DNA from: Amoebophrya sp. A120
Taxonomy: Eukaryota > Protista > Dinoflagellata
Assembly: GCA_905178155.1 (NCBI GenBank)
Contig: CAJINV010000001.1
Coordinates: forward strand, 1 to 64,000
Length of the DNA: 64,000 bases
Direction: 5' to 3'
Shown here: positions 38,125-51,026 of the stretch, piece after piece
How positions within the stretch are numbered: the stretch's first letter is position 1
Layout of the letters: the number at the start of each line of letters is the position of its first letter
The notes under the pieces: model-generated
What the model was told of the DNA's origin: nothing
What the model saw: only the letters and a program-made list of their open reading frames with translations
Database searches by the model: none
Translations under genes and position numbers: made by a program

Positions 38125-40700
38125 ATGACGTTCACCTTCCATTTCGCCGGCGGCCCGGAGCAGCACGATTTGAAACAGCAGACCACGTATCAAGTGTAAA
38201 AATGTCTGGGTCTGTAAGAATGCAACTTGTCATGCTAAATCTGAAGCATGCAAAAATCTGTGCTGCATGATTACCAAAAGTCGTCCAGTTTTGACCAAGT
38301 CGCGAGGGAGTTTCTCATGCAGAATAGGCATGAGAGGGATCGCACAGAATCTGTCATGCTAGGTCCTGCATTCCAGACCTCATGGGTCATGGAAAAGCTG
38401 CATGACAAATCGCGCATTCTTCCAGACCCAGACACTTTTGCACTTGATACCACGGTCGGCTCTGGACCCCACCAGGTGGCGATTATCGACAGCCGGCACC
38501 TGGCGGCCAACCAGGCCATGGCGGAGGAAGTGGCGAAACGGCTCTGCCTGCGGGATGAAGACGTCCACGGGGACAAGAACTCCTGCACGGTCGTTTTGTT
38601 GATGCCCTCCGCGGAATCCCGGCCGGAATTCATCTCCTGTGCCGAGGTGGCTATGAACGCCCTAGAGGCAGCAACGTCGTTGTTGACGAAAGTGACCAGC
38701 ACTATGGAGGCGGAAAATAAGTCGGGCAAGGAAGTAGAGATGAACCCGACTGAGAAATTGAAAGTTTGCTGTCTGGACAGCTACTACAGTGACCCGGAGA
38801 TGGCGCTGAGGTACTTGCTGCTGCCCAGAAATAAAACATCAAACCCGGAAGGAGGTGGTGGAGAAAAAGACCACAAGCCTGTGAAAATTTACGGGAACCG
38901 GAAGCATTTACTCCAAATGTTCTACAAGTTTTTCAATGCCGCCTACAAACGGCGCGCCTTCACGAACACGGCCGTCGCGCACGGCTGGGAGAAGCAGCAG
39001 GACGCGATTGACACACTCCTGAAATTTCTCCGCACTGCGACGAAGGACGAAATCGTCGTGCCTTCGAAACTCGGAAAGCCGACCATGGTAGCCAACACGC
39101 CCAAGCTCGAAGACGCGGACGAGGAACCAGCTTTTGCACAAATGAAAGAGAAACACAAAAATCAGTGTTGCCCGCCGGGGCCGCACCGCCCCGCGATCTG
39201 GCATTTTCAGAAGGACGTCGCGGGCCTGACCAAAGAAGACTTCACCGAGAAGGTGGGCAAGACGCACTACATAGACAACGAGTACGTGGTACTGTTCTGC
39301 AGACCGAGTGATTTTTCCGCCGAGGAGAAGTACACAAAGTTCGTAAGCGCACTCTCGGAGTTGAATGACGCCCACATGGACAGCATGACGTTTACGGTGG
39401 TGATGGTCTTAGACGTATGCTGAGCAAAACCGTTCCCACCCCTTTAGGTAGTCAAGCCGCATCACAAATCCGGGACCTTATCGTTATCCTCATTCTACTA
39501 GCATGACAAACTACCCGATTTTTGCATTGGAAAATGGCCCTCATGGGGCTGCGCATGAGAAACATTTTAGGCATGCCACTTCGCACGACAAGGCTGAGAT
39601 TGTTGGGACGTTTTTCCAAAGGATAAGACGACCACGAAAAGAGCCCGCTCGACGCCTTCACGAAGAATTTTTGGTTTTTGCCCGTCATGAGTCGGTTGAT
39701 AAATTTCTGCCACTTGTGCATCTTCTGTTCAAAAAACGAAGAGGAGTTGTTGAAAGAAACGTTCGCACACGTTGGACAGACAGAGCACGTGGTGCAATTG
39801 TTGCAGCACAACTTGGTGCCCTTTCCGCGCCTCCACTTCCTGGTCACGATGTCCTGCGTCTCGCATCACGACCCTGGAGCCGGCTTACAGATTTTCGGGG
39901 AAAAAGCGGAAAGCGTCCTGCAGAAGCACGACGTGACCTCCAGCTGCGTGTCTTTCTGCGTCGCGAATACGAAAGAACTCACAATTTCGACAGGAGAAGG
40001 AGCGAGCGCAGCTGAGCATCATTTTCCAAAAGCCGCCGTGACCACGCAGGAAATTTTCGACTTTGACAGAAAACTGCGGGCGAAATTTGCCTGCACGCGT
40101 CGGAAATGCAGTCCCCTGGTCGTCCCGTCCGCCGGGCCGGAGCTCCGGCGTAAGTCGCACATTTTACGGCAGGTGGTGGTTAGCAGCAGCAGCTTTCCGG
40201 GCCTGAAACAGGTGTTTTTCCTCATGCCGGGGAAATTACTCGCGAAAAAGATGTTTTTCCCGCTGTTGAAACAGTTCTCCGACGACGAGTCGCTGGACCT
40301 GGACAATCCGCTGAAGTGGACCAACCCCGGGTTCGGGTTAGACAAGGCAAAAGCCAGTGCTTTAGACGACTTTGAACTGATGGAAGCCGAGTCGAGCTTG
40401 AACGATCTGCGGGCGGAGTACAGCCACCATTTTGGGGATTACGAATCCGAGTCCGAAAGCAGTGCCGAGGACAACGAGTATCTATCGGAGGACGAAATAA
40501 ATGCAGCACAGCACCATCATGCTGGTGGTGTGGGAAATACAAATAATAATGCGAAGCACATGAACATGAACTACAACAACAAAGACAACAAAGCCTTTAC
40601 CAACGCTGCAGCCTCGATTCGAGAAGAGTTTCTGCAATTTTCCCACGACATCGGGACCTGGAGCAAAAACTACCCGTTTGTCAAGTATCAAGCAAGTTGA
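38125..40700 (+). CDS. Highly divergent tubulin-like protein with a long N-terminal extension, 697 aa; exons 38125-38187, 38455-39415, 39631-40700
   Basis: NLVPFPRLHFL and ELMEAESSLNDLRAEY plus an acidic tail resemble beta-tubulin; no GGGTGSG motif; both introner removals are in frame. Confidence 0.7.
38188..38449. mobile_element. Introner family A, 262 bp
   Basis: Ends TATCAAGTGTAAAAATGTCTGGGTCTG and CAGACCCAGACACTTTTGCACTTGATA; DR CCACG. Confidence 0.95.
39416..39625. mobile_element. Introner, 210 bp
   Basis: Imperfect TIR TATGCTGAGCAAAACCGTTCCCA and TGGGACGTTTTTCCAAAGGATA; DR AGACG; fuses ORFs 38248 and 39678. Confidence 0.88.
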
Positions 40701-40847
40701 AGTTTTTCAATATCTTCATCCACTCTTTCTCATGCTTTTAGCTTTTACATTTCAGTGTTTCTATCGTCTTTGTTTTTTCTTGCACAGCACTTCACCTCCC
40801 TACCGGAAATCTTCAAATTTTCACACCACATCAGGCCGGCCCTTCTG

Positions 40848-41402
40848 ATGGAAGGGAGCAATCTCTTTCTCGCTTGCTGTGCGCCGAACTACGAGACCCG
40901 AACCAAAGCGATGAAGAAAGATCACGATGGTGAAGTTGTAACCACAACTGAACACGAAGCTGCGGACAATAAAGCCACTAACAAATCCTCCGTGGTCTGT
41001 TCGAAGGAGCGGTGGTTTCAGGTGGTGCAGAAGATTTGCGAGGCTCTGTGCTCTACACTGGAGGACCCACCGGAGCTGGAGACCGAGTGCACCGCGGAGG
41101 AGTTCGCGAAGACGGACCGAAATCAGGACGGTGTCGTCCAGGCCGAGGAGTTTTTGCACCACGTGTATCCACAGTAAATTTCCTCTACACGACGGCGTTG
41201 TACAAATGTGGCTTCTGCATGACAAACTTTTCGTCCTTCAAACCTCTTCCGCGTGGGAAGTTACTTGTGGTGCATTTTGTACGTGTGCGGGAAATTTGTA
41301 TTGCATAACGCGTTCGGGATACTGTGCTGTTTCAACAAAGTCCGGGAGATGGAGTGCATATCCGCCTTTCGGAAAGCAGAGGAAATGGTGCAGAAATTGT
41401 AA
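40848..41402 (+). CDS. EF-hand protein, ~135 aa; exons 40848-41165 and 41313-41402
   Basis: Canonical EF loop FAKTDRNQDGVVQAEEF; in-frame join HHV|FGILCC; start uncertain. Confidence 0.7.
41166..41307. mobile_element. Introner, 142 bp
   Basis: Imperfect TIR TATCCACAGTAAATTTCCTCTACACG and CGTGTGCGGGAAATTTGTATTGCATA; DR ACGTG/ACGCG. Confidence 0.85.
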
Positions 41403-42058
41403 ATGGTAGCGGATTAGAGAGCAGGTGCAGGACCACGACCGGCTTGATCTGTGCTATGAATTGAAGATCACAACGTGGACAAGACCTGCGCGAGCAGTAC
41501 TATACTTTATCAGATATACTAACATAAATGCTAATGCGCCGACAATGCAACTCTTGTCTTGTATGTCTTTGTACTCCTGTTTTCTTTTTCGAATATCTGA
41601 TGCGAATGCGATTACTGTAGCAGATTTTCCTCTCCTCGACCTGGCGCTACAAGCAAGAGTTCGTCTCTTCTGCAAAAGAGTATGTGGATGTGTATCGTCG
41701 AATGTGATAGTATCACGCCCGCGCACGCACACCAGCTGAAAAAGCTTCACCTCTTTTATCCAAGATAAAACTCAACAGCATTAACATAGATTCAAGCAAT
41801 TATATAATCCTCGCAATTGAAATCAAGCAATAGCAAGCTCGAGCTGAAAGATGAAGGCTGAGCGGAAGTCCGCGCCTGCGTCTAGAATTCTTCTTCTACA
41901 GTACCGCAATTTGTGTTCCCGATTGGTTCATCCACTTTGGCACTTTCCCAAAAAGTAGATCTCCCGAAAACAAGCCAAGCAAAACTACTTCCACACGCAT
42001 CGATCCATACTTTGCGAGTACTAGAAGCCAAACATGCATCACCACAAATCCGAAAACG

Positions 42059-43660
42059 ATGTTTCCTGCAGCACCGAGGCTTTTTTATCATCGCCATCCC
42101 GGTTTCTTCCTAGTACCGTGTCTGCTCTTTTCTGGCGCCAATTTCGGATCTTCTTCAGCAGTCCACGACGAGCATTTTCCCGGCCAGGGAAGAAGTCAAT
42201 CCTACCAGAGACCGCAGCTCATAGGCCTCAGAAACCGCAGTAGAAGTCCCAGGGCCTCGAGTCGACTGGTGTCTCCGGTTGTGGAAGAAACAGATGCAGG
42301 ACCACCAACAAGTGCCGGCGAAATACCAACAAGCGAACATGCACAAGAACAACATCAAAACGACGTTCCTGCTCCCCCCTCCAGCGCCATCCCTACCGCC
42401 CCACGACCCTCTAGCAGCACCTCCTCGCCCCGGCGTTTTCTCCGGCGGCTGCGGTTCCGGAATTTCCGCGATCGCCTGCTGCAACTGGCTAGACCCCTCG
42501 GCGAGGACTGCGTGCAGGTGGCGGACCCAACCTGCATGATCTGTTTGGACGACCTTGCACCAGGTAGTTTTGTAAACAACTGCGACAACCGCCCGGTCGC
42601 GCACTGCTACCACCGCAAGTGCTGGGAAACCTTCCTCGGGTCACGGTCGCCCGTGCTGGACCGCGCGCGCTGTCCGGTCTGCCGGGAATGGTCGGGAGAG
42701 GATGAATACAACTTTTTCGAGCTCCGCCGCAGTGGCGTCTTTCTCCCTAGAGGGTATTGGGACAGCGAAAATGGCAGCATTGTGTCAACCTCCGAACCGT
42801 TCGACCTGCTTGTACGGTTTTGCTCTCGCCTGTACTCTGGCGGCACGCCGGCGGAGATAGCGGCGCGCCGGTTCGAGAGGCAGGTCGCCGAGGAGGTGGA
42901 GTATTTGGAAGGTCGACCCTGGATGGCGATGTGGAGCAGCCCCTGCGCGCGCCGCCACTACTCGACGGGAGCGGGGCGGGCAGGGGGCGGGAATGGTGTT
43001 GATACTGCTAACGGTCAGCCATTTCACAACTACGTCGGGGCGACGCCGACGGTGCGCAGAAGCATGCTTGGCGGCGTTGTTGGAGAAGACTCTGGTCAAC
43101 AGTCTAGCGGTGGCTCATCCTCACGGTTCCTGCGCACGAGATTCATGCGAGGTGTGCAAGCACTGTGCTGTCGTAGGCGACGACATCTCCTTGCACGAAG
43201 AAGAGGTGCGAGCAGACACGAAGGAAATCAAGATGAATCCGATCAGGACCACGTAGATCTTCGTGACCGAAGATGCAACTACAGCCGTTTGCAAAAGCTC
43301 GCACAGAAAGGCGCTTTTCTCATTATCGGGGCGGGGCTCGTGTCGAACGCGGTTACAGCGACCGCACGGGAGACGGAGGATCACCTGCAAGGGCTACCTG
43401 GGAAGACACCTCTAACCCGACCGCAGCAGTGCGGCGTGTTGCTGTACCACCTGGCGCGGGGCCTGGCCGCCTCGGGCACGGGCATTTTTGTGGCGGACTT
43501 GGTACGTAAATGCAGACCTTCAACATATTACTCCTGCCCCCCGTTCAGAACAACTACAAGGGCTGCTAGAACTACTTCTGGCCCAGTTTTCATGTTATTC
43601 ACCACCAGCACTTCTCACCAGGGCACTGGAACGAGAAACTTGCTTTACGAAGAGCCGTGA
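42059..43660 (+). CDS. RING-H2 zinc finger protein (putative E3 ligase), 533 aa
   Basis: CMICLDD...C....HCYHRKC...CPVC; hydrophobic N-terminal and C-terminal segments. Confidence 0.8.
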   Translation: MFPAAPRLFYHRHPGFFLVPCLLFSGANFGSSSAVHDEHFPGQGRSQSYQRPQLIGLRNRSRSPRASSRLVSPVVEETDAGPPTSAGEIPTSEHAQEQHQNDVPAPPSSAIPTAPRPSSSTSSPRRFLRRLRFRNFRDRLLQLARPLGEDCVQVADPTCMICLDDLAPGSFVNNCDNRPVAHCYHRKCWETFLGSRSPVLDRARCPVCREWSGEDEYNFFELRRSGVFLPRGYWDSENGSIVSTSEPFDLLVRFCSRLYSGGTPAEIAARRFERQVAEEVEYLEGRPWMAMWSSPCARRHYSTGAGRAGGGNGVDTANGQPFHNYVGATPTVRRSMLGGVVGEDSGQQSSGGSSSRFLRTRFMRGVQALCCRRRRHLLARRRGASRHEGNQDESDQDHVDLRDRRCNYSRLQKLAQKGAFLIIGAGLVSNAVTATARETEDHLQGLPGKTPLTRPQQCGVLLYHLARGLAASGTGIFVADLVRKCRPSTYYSCPPFRTTTRAARTTSGPVFMLFTTSTSHQGTGTRNLLYEEP

Positions 43661-45038
43661 GCAGGTGGACAGATGACTGGTGCTACGTTTTGGAGCTTTG
43701 ATCTTAATGTTAGTCTTAGGGCCTTTATTACGCAGTACTGTACATAGTTTAGTATCTCTACAACATCAATTTCAATTTATTAGATATGCCCTTGGCTGGA
43801 TAGCTGCAGTTTCTGCTGCTGTCGGCGCCGGAACAACGAAGTGCCTGTATCCGCGGAGAATCCTCCTGAGAGAAGGAAGAACTTTCAAGCTTCCCGCTGC
43901 CAAACATGCATGCACAGCGATCCTTGTATGTAGTGCTACCCTGCTGCTTCGCCTTCCCCAACAAGGTGCTTGCATCGTGTAGACCGCAGCACCAGCTCGA
44001 GCAGCTTTTTTTCTTCCCTGACTCAGGATTCTTTGCTTACCCTGGATAGTACGATGACGTTGGAGAGGAGGACGAAGGCGAACGAAGTCCAACGACGTCG
44101 TGATCATGGTGCGCGACGTGCTAGCCTCGCGTCTTGCCAGCTCGACCGTAAAATTTTCCTGCAGAGTTTCAGTTTGCAGCTTCCGCACCGTAGATCTTGG
44201 CTCTGGGGGTGCAGCGTGCGCGGGGGTCGCCGATTGCGCACTCGTTCAAGTTCTCTATCCGCGACCTCCTTTAGCTTAGTGCACTATTCACATGCTTGGT
44301 TCATTCTTCCAACAAGGATAATGGATAGACGCTATATGTATGAATGTTGACGAGCATGCGTGCGCTGCTTGATGACCAATAAAAATGAATACTATACGTA
44401 CATAAAAATGAAAAATAGAAATACAACTTCGCTTTAATTTTTGTAATTTCAGGCGCCCGTCGCGGCCGTGTCCTCATCCTAAATGAAAATCTGACTGAAA
44501 CGCAAACATTATTCATTAGCATTGAGATGAAAGGAATCGCGTGTTGAAGGTGGCCCCTTCCTCTCTGGAGGACGATATCAACGAAAGATGAAGCAGGCTG
44601 TGAAAACCTTGACTTCAGAAAATCGGGGCGGAAGTAAGTACATCAGGTCTCACTTTTTTTGGAGCGGTAGACGAAACGGCGGCTTCTGGACATTTTTTGT
44701 TTTTTCTATCTGATCTTGGATTTTTGGCCGACCACTTACCACATAATTTGCGTACGCGACAAAAAAAACAAAACGCAAACACGAGCGAAGGAGAGTTTTT
44801 GCCCGTCGTTGCAAAGATGCAAAGCCAAATCTGCGTACTGTAACTGTGGACGGGCTGAGAGCTGGCGGTGAGCAAGCTGGAAGATGAAGGAGCTTTTTCT
44901 CTCTTTTTTGATAGGTGCAGCTTTTCATTTTTCCAATAAAAAGCCGCGAACCGCATACAGATCGATTCTAAAATACCTATACGTTCGTTTTTGACAGTCG
45001 AATTTCTTGAATCAAAATCTTTCGTAGTCGCCTGCATC

Positions 45039-48000
45039 ATGGACACATCCTGGCTCGATGCCAAATACGCGGCGCCACAGGATCTTTGGCAAGTGGAATC
45101 CGAGCCATTTATCCGCGGTCTGGTGCCACACCTACTGCAGCGGATTTTATCCACAAGTCCTTCCACGGTTGCGATTTCTTCACAATCAGCACGTTCTTCC
45201 TCGTCGGGAGGTAACTACGAGGCTGCTTCAGCAACAGCCAATTATGCAACTACAACCGCATCAGACGTCCACACCCTGGTCAAGTTGATCCACAACCCTA
45301 CGCTACGGAATGTGTTGTGGACTTCAACAGATTTTCCGCGTTTCTTCGCGGCGTTGGTAGACCAAGCTGCAGTGGCGGGGCTGCACGCGGGACCGGTGGA
45401 ATTGGGAATCATCGGCGCGGACCGCGAGGAGCTGCTTGAGCAGGGAACAACAAGTCGGACCTGCTCGAACATACCGACCGCGCAGCTGTGGCCGCTGCTG
45501 TTCTGTGTTACCTACGAAGCGGATTTAGTGGTCGACGGAAGTAGTCGTGGTTGTTCGGCTCCTTCAGGTGGAAACAAAAGCGCTGATCACGGCCCAGCCG
45601 CTGACACGACAAGCGGCGCGGCCCGTTGTTGGCGCGAGAAAACCCACAGTCCGCAAGTTGCAGTCACGAAGCTGGTCGCAGCCATTTTGCAAAGTTTCTC
45701 TTCAGTTGTTGTAGCGGCATCACCAGCCCCCACGTCTTCAACACGACCTTCGACAAGCAAAAACCACCAGACGGCGCAGCGCCAGAGCCTGGGTATTCTG
45801 GCAAACCTGCTTCGCGGCGACAGCGTTGTGCAGTCTTTTGTGAAGGCGGAGACGCAGCAGTACGATGAATTTTGCAGCGGATTGCACGCCATTGTGGCGG
45901 GGCGGGGCGAAAAACAATCAAATGCAGGAGGTGGGGGTGGAGCAGGTGGTTCTACTTCATTGCGTGGAAACAACTATGCTGCTTTGTCCTCTCCAGCACG
46001 ACGAGTAGCCGACGAAGAGATGGTCACGCAAAAGCTGTTCGCGGCCCAGATTCTGGTCTCGTTAGAGGGTATTGCGCAGTCCCAGCACGGAATTTTCGAA
46101 CCATTGCTCTCATCCACCAGTCAGTACTTGGCAGCTACACGACAAATCGATGGCGCAAATAAGCCGAACGCCGATCCTGGCAGCTTCCCCATCAACCTCG
46201 TCGATGCCACTCACTTGGCGTTACAAGTCGTCGATCTCCCCAACGCGCACTCTGATTGCATGGACGGCGTTTGCGTGTCCCGCTTCCAGATCGCACGTGA
46301 CTTACTCGACGATCTACTGCAAGTCTCTTCTAACGGGGTCGACCGGGCACTGGCTTCTTATACAATTATGAATGCGGAGGTGGGGAGGGCAACAACTACA
46401 ACTTCTCCAATCGGGCTCGGGATGTTGAGGAAAAAAGACAGTCTACAAATGGAGCTGGAACTCCGGTTAGCAAATAACCTCGGCTCGTCGCCGCAAAGGG
46501 TAGAAGGCGAGAGTAGTTTCAACTACTTGAACAGCGACAAGAACTTCAGCGTCGACTACCACCTTGCGCTCTTTGAGCAGCTGCACACCTTCCAGAACAC
46601 GGACCACGTGCTTCAGGCGATTTTGTCCTTGTTGGAAAAGGTGTTGGTCGAAAAGTCCGCGCATTTCCGGCAGAACGTGGTGAAAATGCTGTCCGAGCAG
46701 GAGTGTAAAAGCACTACTGGTGGTGCAAATAAAAATAGGCACGCATCGCTGCTGGCCGAGCTGGCGACCAGGCAGCACCCGGGGGTGAGTAAAGCCGCGG
46801 CGCGCTTGCTGTATCTCACCCTGTTCGACACGAACCGCGTCGCGCTCACCGAGTCAGCTTTACGCCCGTTGCTCTTGTTCCTGTCTCGCCAAGCGTTACA
46901 GAACGAGGAAACCTGCGGCTTGTTGAAACTGATGGTGCAGAAGAGGGTGACGCCCTACGCGTTGGCGGTCTGTCGAGACCAGTACCAGTTACTGCTGCAA
47001 AACGCGAATCGGGTGTTGGAGAAAAAGCCGACAAACACAAATTTATTCTTCAATCTGCTGCAATTAGGCCTCGCCATCGACGACGCGCTCGCGAAAGAAC
47101 GGTGCGACCGGGCAACCACGGTGCACGACATCATGAAGCACGAGCCTGGGGTTAGTGCGGGTGCGGGAGCAGGTGGACATGATCAAGTCCCACTAGTAGG
47201 AAGCAACTCCTATGCCACACCGGGTAGTGGCGCCACAGTCGCTGACAGTGAACAATTTCTTGCGTCGCCACAGGCACAGCAGCGGTCGAAGCATTCGGCT
47301 GCACCAAGCAGTTCGTCATCGAGCGCGGCGTACGCTGGAATAGCCAATTATACCCCCGATCAACATCTGATGTTGCTAAACACAAACTCCGCAACGAAAT
47401 CCACTACACATTCCGTTTTTCACCAAAATCAGGATTCGACACTACTAGAAACATCAGCAGCTTGTTCCCATGCCACTACGCCCAGTTGCACCTCCCGAAA
47501 TAGAACACTGCCAGCTGCAAAAACTACTAGTAAAGTCGTCCTTCCGTACACCAAGCCTGCGTTTTACGAGATGCTGGAGTCCACGGAGTGCGTTTCCTTC
47601 CTGATCTACGACATTTTTGCGCACACAACCGACCAAGTCTTGCTGCGCGACTGCTGGCAGTTTCTGCGATTACTCGCGGAGCCCAGCTGCTGTCTGCCCG
47701 AGCAGGTGAAAAGCGCCGTCGTCGACGCGATGATGAGGAGAAACGCGGAAGCAGAAAAGAATAGATTACTGGTAAACGCAAAAGTCGACAAGGAGATTGT
47801 GTTCAATCTAAATCAGAAACTTGAAGCTGCCGCGCTGGAGCGGGAGAAGCTGCTGCAGGAAGCTGCCCGGAAGGACACGACATTGAAGCAGCTCACCGAA
47901 TCCATCCGCACGTGCGCCCGCGACATCGCGAAGCACGGCGAAACGCTGGGGGAACTGGGACGCGCGCGGGAACGGATCGCGAATCTGGAGGAAGTTGTGG

Positions 48001-49372
48001 TGGAAAAGGAACAGGAAAAAGATATGGGACTCTCAAACGTTACATTCTCAACTGTTACATGAATTTGTCATGCAAAAATAGCGCCAGCATCTACATGCCC
48101 AAGCTGCTTCGCATGACAAGTTCTCGACGCGCTAGATAGCATTATAATCTGCTCCAAACCTGTAATGCAAAAGGCGCAACGTTTTCCCTTGCACTTTTGC
48201 CATTCTTGCATTACAAATTTCATGTAACAGTTGAGAGTGTAACGTTTGAGAACGCCATAAGAGACGTCGCCCGCATCGCGGAAGCCGACGCGCGCGTGTT
48301 GTGTCAGAAACTCGAGTTTCACGCGGAGCGGGAGGTGCGGCAAGCGACGGAAAGATTGGAAGAACATGTCCGTGAAAAGGCGGAGCTGTGGATATGCATT
48401 GCAAAATTATCGTACTAAGTATGAATTGCAATACAAATTTTTCCAAGTGACGAGCCGTAGTTTGTAATGCAGATTTCCCTTTTAGGCCAGAGATCTGTCA
48501 TGCAGGACTGCAGTCAGTATTTTGTGCGATACATTTGCACAGGATAGTGGAAACTACTTGCCGACTTGGAGGAAAAGATCAAGGCGGCACATATCAACTG
48601 CAAATATGTCATCTGGGTCTGGAAACTTGTGATGCAAACCAGGGAATACTGGGCGTACTGTCATACGTGGCCAAGCATGGCAAGTTTTTGAGGTGCTATG
48701 TGTAGCGTATTCCGCATGGCAGACTGCGCTTTTGCATGACAGACAAAGCGATCTTTTTGCACCTACGCATGACAGAGGTCCGAGTCATGTCAGACACGCA
48801 TGACAAATTTGGCAATCTTCCAGAGCCAGACATATTTGCAAAGCATAGCACAGGTCGACCGGCAATTGCTCGTGAAACAACTCGACGTAGTGATGCAGGA
48901 AAATCAACACTTGCGGATGGGCTACGACAACTTCGATCCGGGAAAAGTCGCACTGAAGGGCACCTTCTCGCCCCGAGAGGAACCACCGGTTTCTTTGTTC
49001 GGGGGCTATCATCAATTTGGAGGTACAACAAGTATGATCTCGCCCAAGAGCAGGAGGACCAATGGTGCAAATAACAGCACCAAACCTGCGACGTTTGCGA
49101 CAGGGGGAAACAACTCGAACTCGAACTACAAGACGAGTAGCAAGAGCGGCGGAAGCGGCAGGGGGAGTGTAAAAAATATCGCAAATAATTCGTCCAAGCC
49201 GCGGGGAAATCACTTGTTTTTTCCGGAGGACGGGACAAGAAAGACAAAGGACTCGGGTCGTTCTTTTGCGGGAGTTCGTGGGTCTAGTACTTCAAGAGAT
49301 GAAATGAATTTTCAGGCGGGAAGCAGCCATTTGCCACGCTATGCCGATCAAATGTGGAACAAGAATCCGTGA
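45039..49372 (+). CDS. Armadillo-like plus C-terminal coiled-coil protein, CIP2A-like, 1223 aa; exons 45039-48022, 48265-48392, 48552-48591, 48853-49372
   Basis: LGILANLLRGDSVVQSFVK and RDLLDDLL resemble CIP2A N-terminal segments (recalled, not searched); heptad-rich C-terminus stays in frame across three introners. Confidence 0.7.
48023..48259. mobile_element. Introner family D, 237 bp
   Basis: ~45-bp TIR starting TATGGGACTCTCAAACGTTACATTCTCAACTGTTACATGAA; DR AAAGA/AGAGA. Confidence 0.95.
48393..48546. mobile_element. Introner family C, 154 bp
   Basis: Ends TATGCATTGCAAAATTATCG and CGATACATTTGCACAGGATA; DR GTGGA. Confidence 0.93.
48592..48847. mobile_element. Introner family A-like, 256 bp
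   Basis: Ends TATCAACTGCAAATATGTCATCTGGGTCTGGAA and TTCCAGAGCCAGACATATTTGCAAAGCATA; DR GCACA. Confidence 0.93.
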
Positions 49373-51026
49373 CAGAATCTTCTTCCCGCAATATTAAACC
49401 CTCGAGTGGATAGTTCTTCTGCTTGGAACTATGGCTCGGGAGGTGATCGGGCTCGTGAGCCACGACCATGATAGATCTACCACCTCAACATTCGCGTTGT
49501 TCAGTAGGAACAAACGGAAAGCAGGTCGTGGTAGATCTTGATCGAGGCAGGAAGAAGCAGAAATGTTGCTGTAGATAGATGCATGTATGATCATGATGTC
49601 GAAAGAAGAAGATGAAGAATCGATCTGCAGATTTTTCGAAGTAGTGCAGATTCAGGGCTGCAGCCTGGAAAAAATGCCAGTCGCTCTATCAAGGTTTTCT
49701 TATGCACGAAGTAAACGTCGTGTGTTCCGGAAGCAGAAGATACAGAATGTTTCGCTGCTACTTTATTTTCCGGCACTGTCAAAAACAAAATCAAATTCAA
49801 AGCAGAAGGATCCATGAATATCTCGAACCAAAGAAAAACTTAAAGACTAGACGAGATACAAATGAATAAAAGAAATCCCGTAGTACAACGGTGGAGCCAT
49901 CAGTTTCAAGTTGTCGTGTATTATACCAGCATTGCTATGCTACACCAAAACCAAAATCTTTCAGAGGCGGAAAAAAAAACATAGTCTGAAGGATGTGGAC
50001 TAGCACTTTCTTTTAGACAATGAGACTACGAGACAATAAATGAAAAGCGGCATATCAGCACTGAAGATTTTGTTCCACCTGTTTTACAAAGATAGTTCTT
50101 CCGCATCCGGTACCTTTACCTAGAAGAAGTAGACAAATACGTACGACTGCAAGTTAAAGTTTGTCGAACAGACAGGTCGTTTTGCCCGATAGCGATACAT
50201 ATCGCGATCCAAGATCGGAAGGCAGAAGAGGCAATACACTTCATTCCGCTAATATAATCGGAACTGTCCTCTTTAACCAAAGGCCTCTATTCGGAAACTT
50301 GTATGTCGGTGCTGTCACTGTTTACAGATAGTACATGAGTAGCTTGTTTTGGTCAAGACTGACGCCCTACGCATTAAATTGGTTTCATCTACTTCCTCAT
50401 CCGCGTATTTCCGTCCTGCCAGAAGTGTTTTGATAAACACAAGAACTATTCACATTCACATTCACACTAAGATACCACCACTTTTTTTTCAGTTTTATCC
50501 GTGCCCACTTCTGATATACTTTGTTTGCCACATCTGAAGTAAAAACTTTACGGAATTGTTCTGGATTTCCCAAGGCGACACAGGTTTTGTCGCGCATGTT
50601 GTATGACTCATCAAATAATTGATTCTACTTGTAGTAGCTCGTGCTTTTTCATCGTCGCTTTTTTTCTATTTTCAAGTTGTGGCAGAAAAGAGTAGCGTTC
50701 ATTCTTTCTGTTGCGCCTAGAGGATAACACATATGCGGCAGAATATGATCCTCTGATCACACGGAAAAGTTAAATAGAGCCGCCGCGAAGTAGAAGATTC
50801 TTGATGGCAGAAGAACATGCGGTTGTTGGCAAATCATCTGCGAGAAATTAGAATAAACCATTTCATCATATTTTTTTCCTAACCAAGAACCCTGTACTAA
50901 GTACAAGAACGACCTGTTGTGTACAAAATCAAGAAAGCGAAAGCGATTGTTTCACCGATAATTATCAAGAAAGCGAAAAGGAAAACTTGTTTCATCACCA
51001 ATACTACACACAAAAAACTTGTAGCC

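Noticed and set aside
38248-38449. Recurring peptides in the ORF track ([23 protein letters not shown]) as a protein family or transposase
   Set aside because: They are translations of introner TIRs and interiors; the elements are too short to encode a transposase
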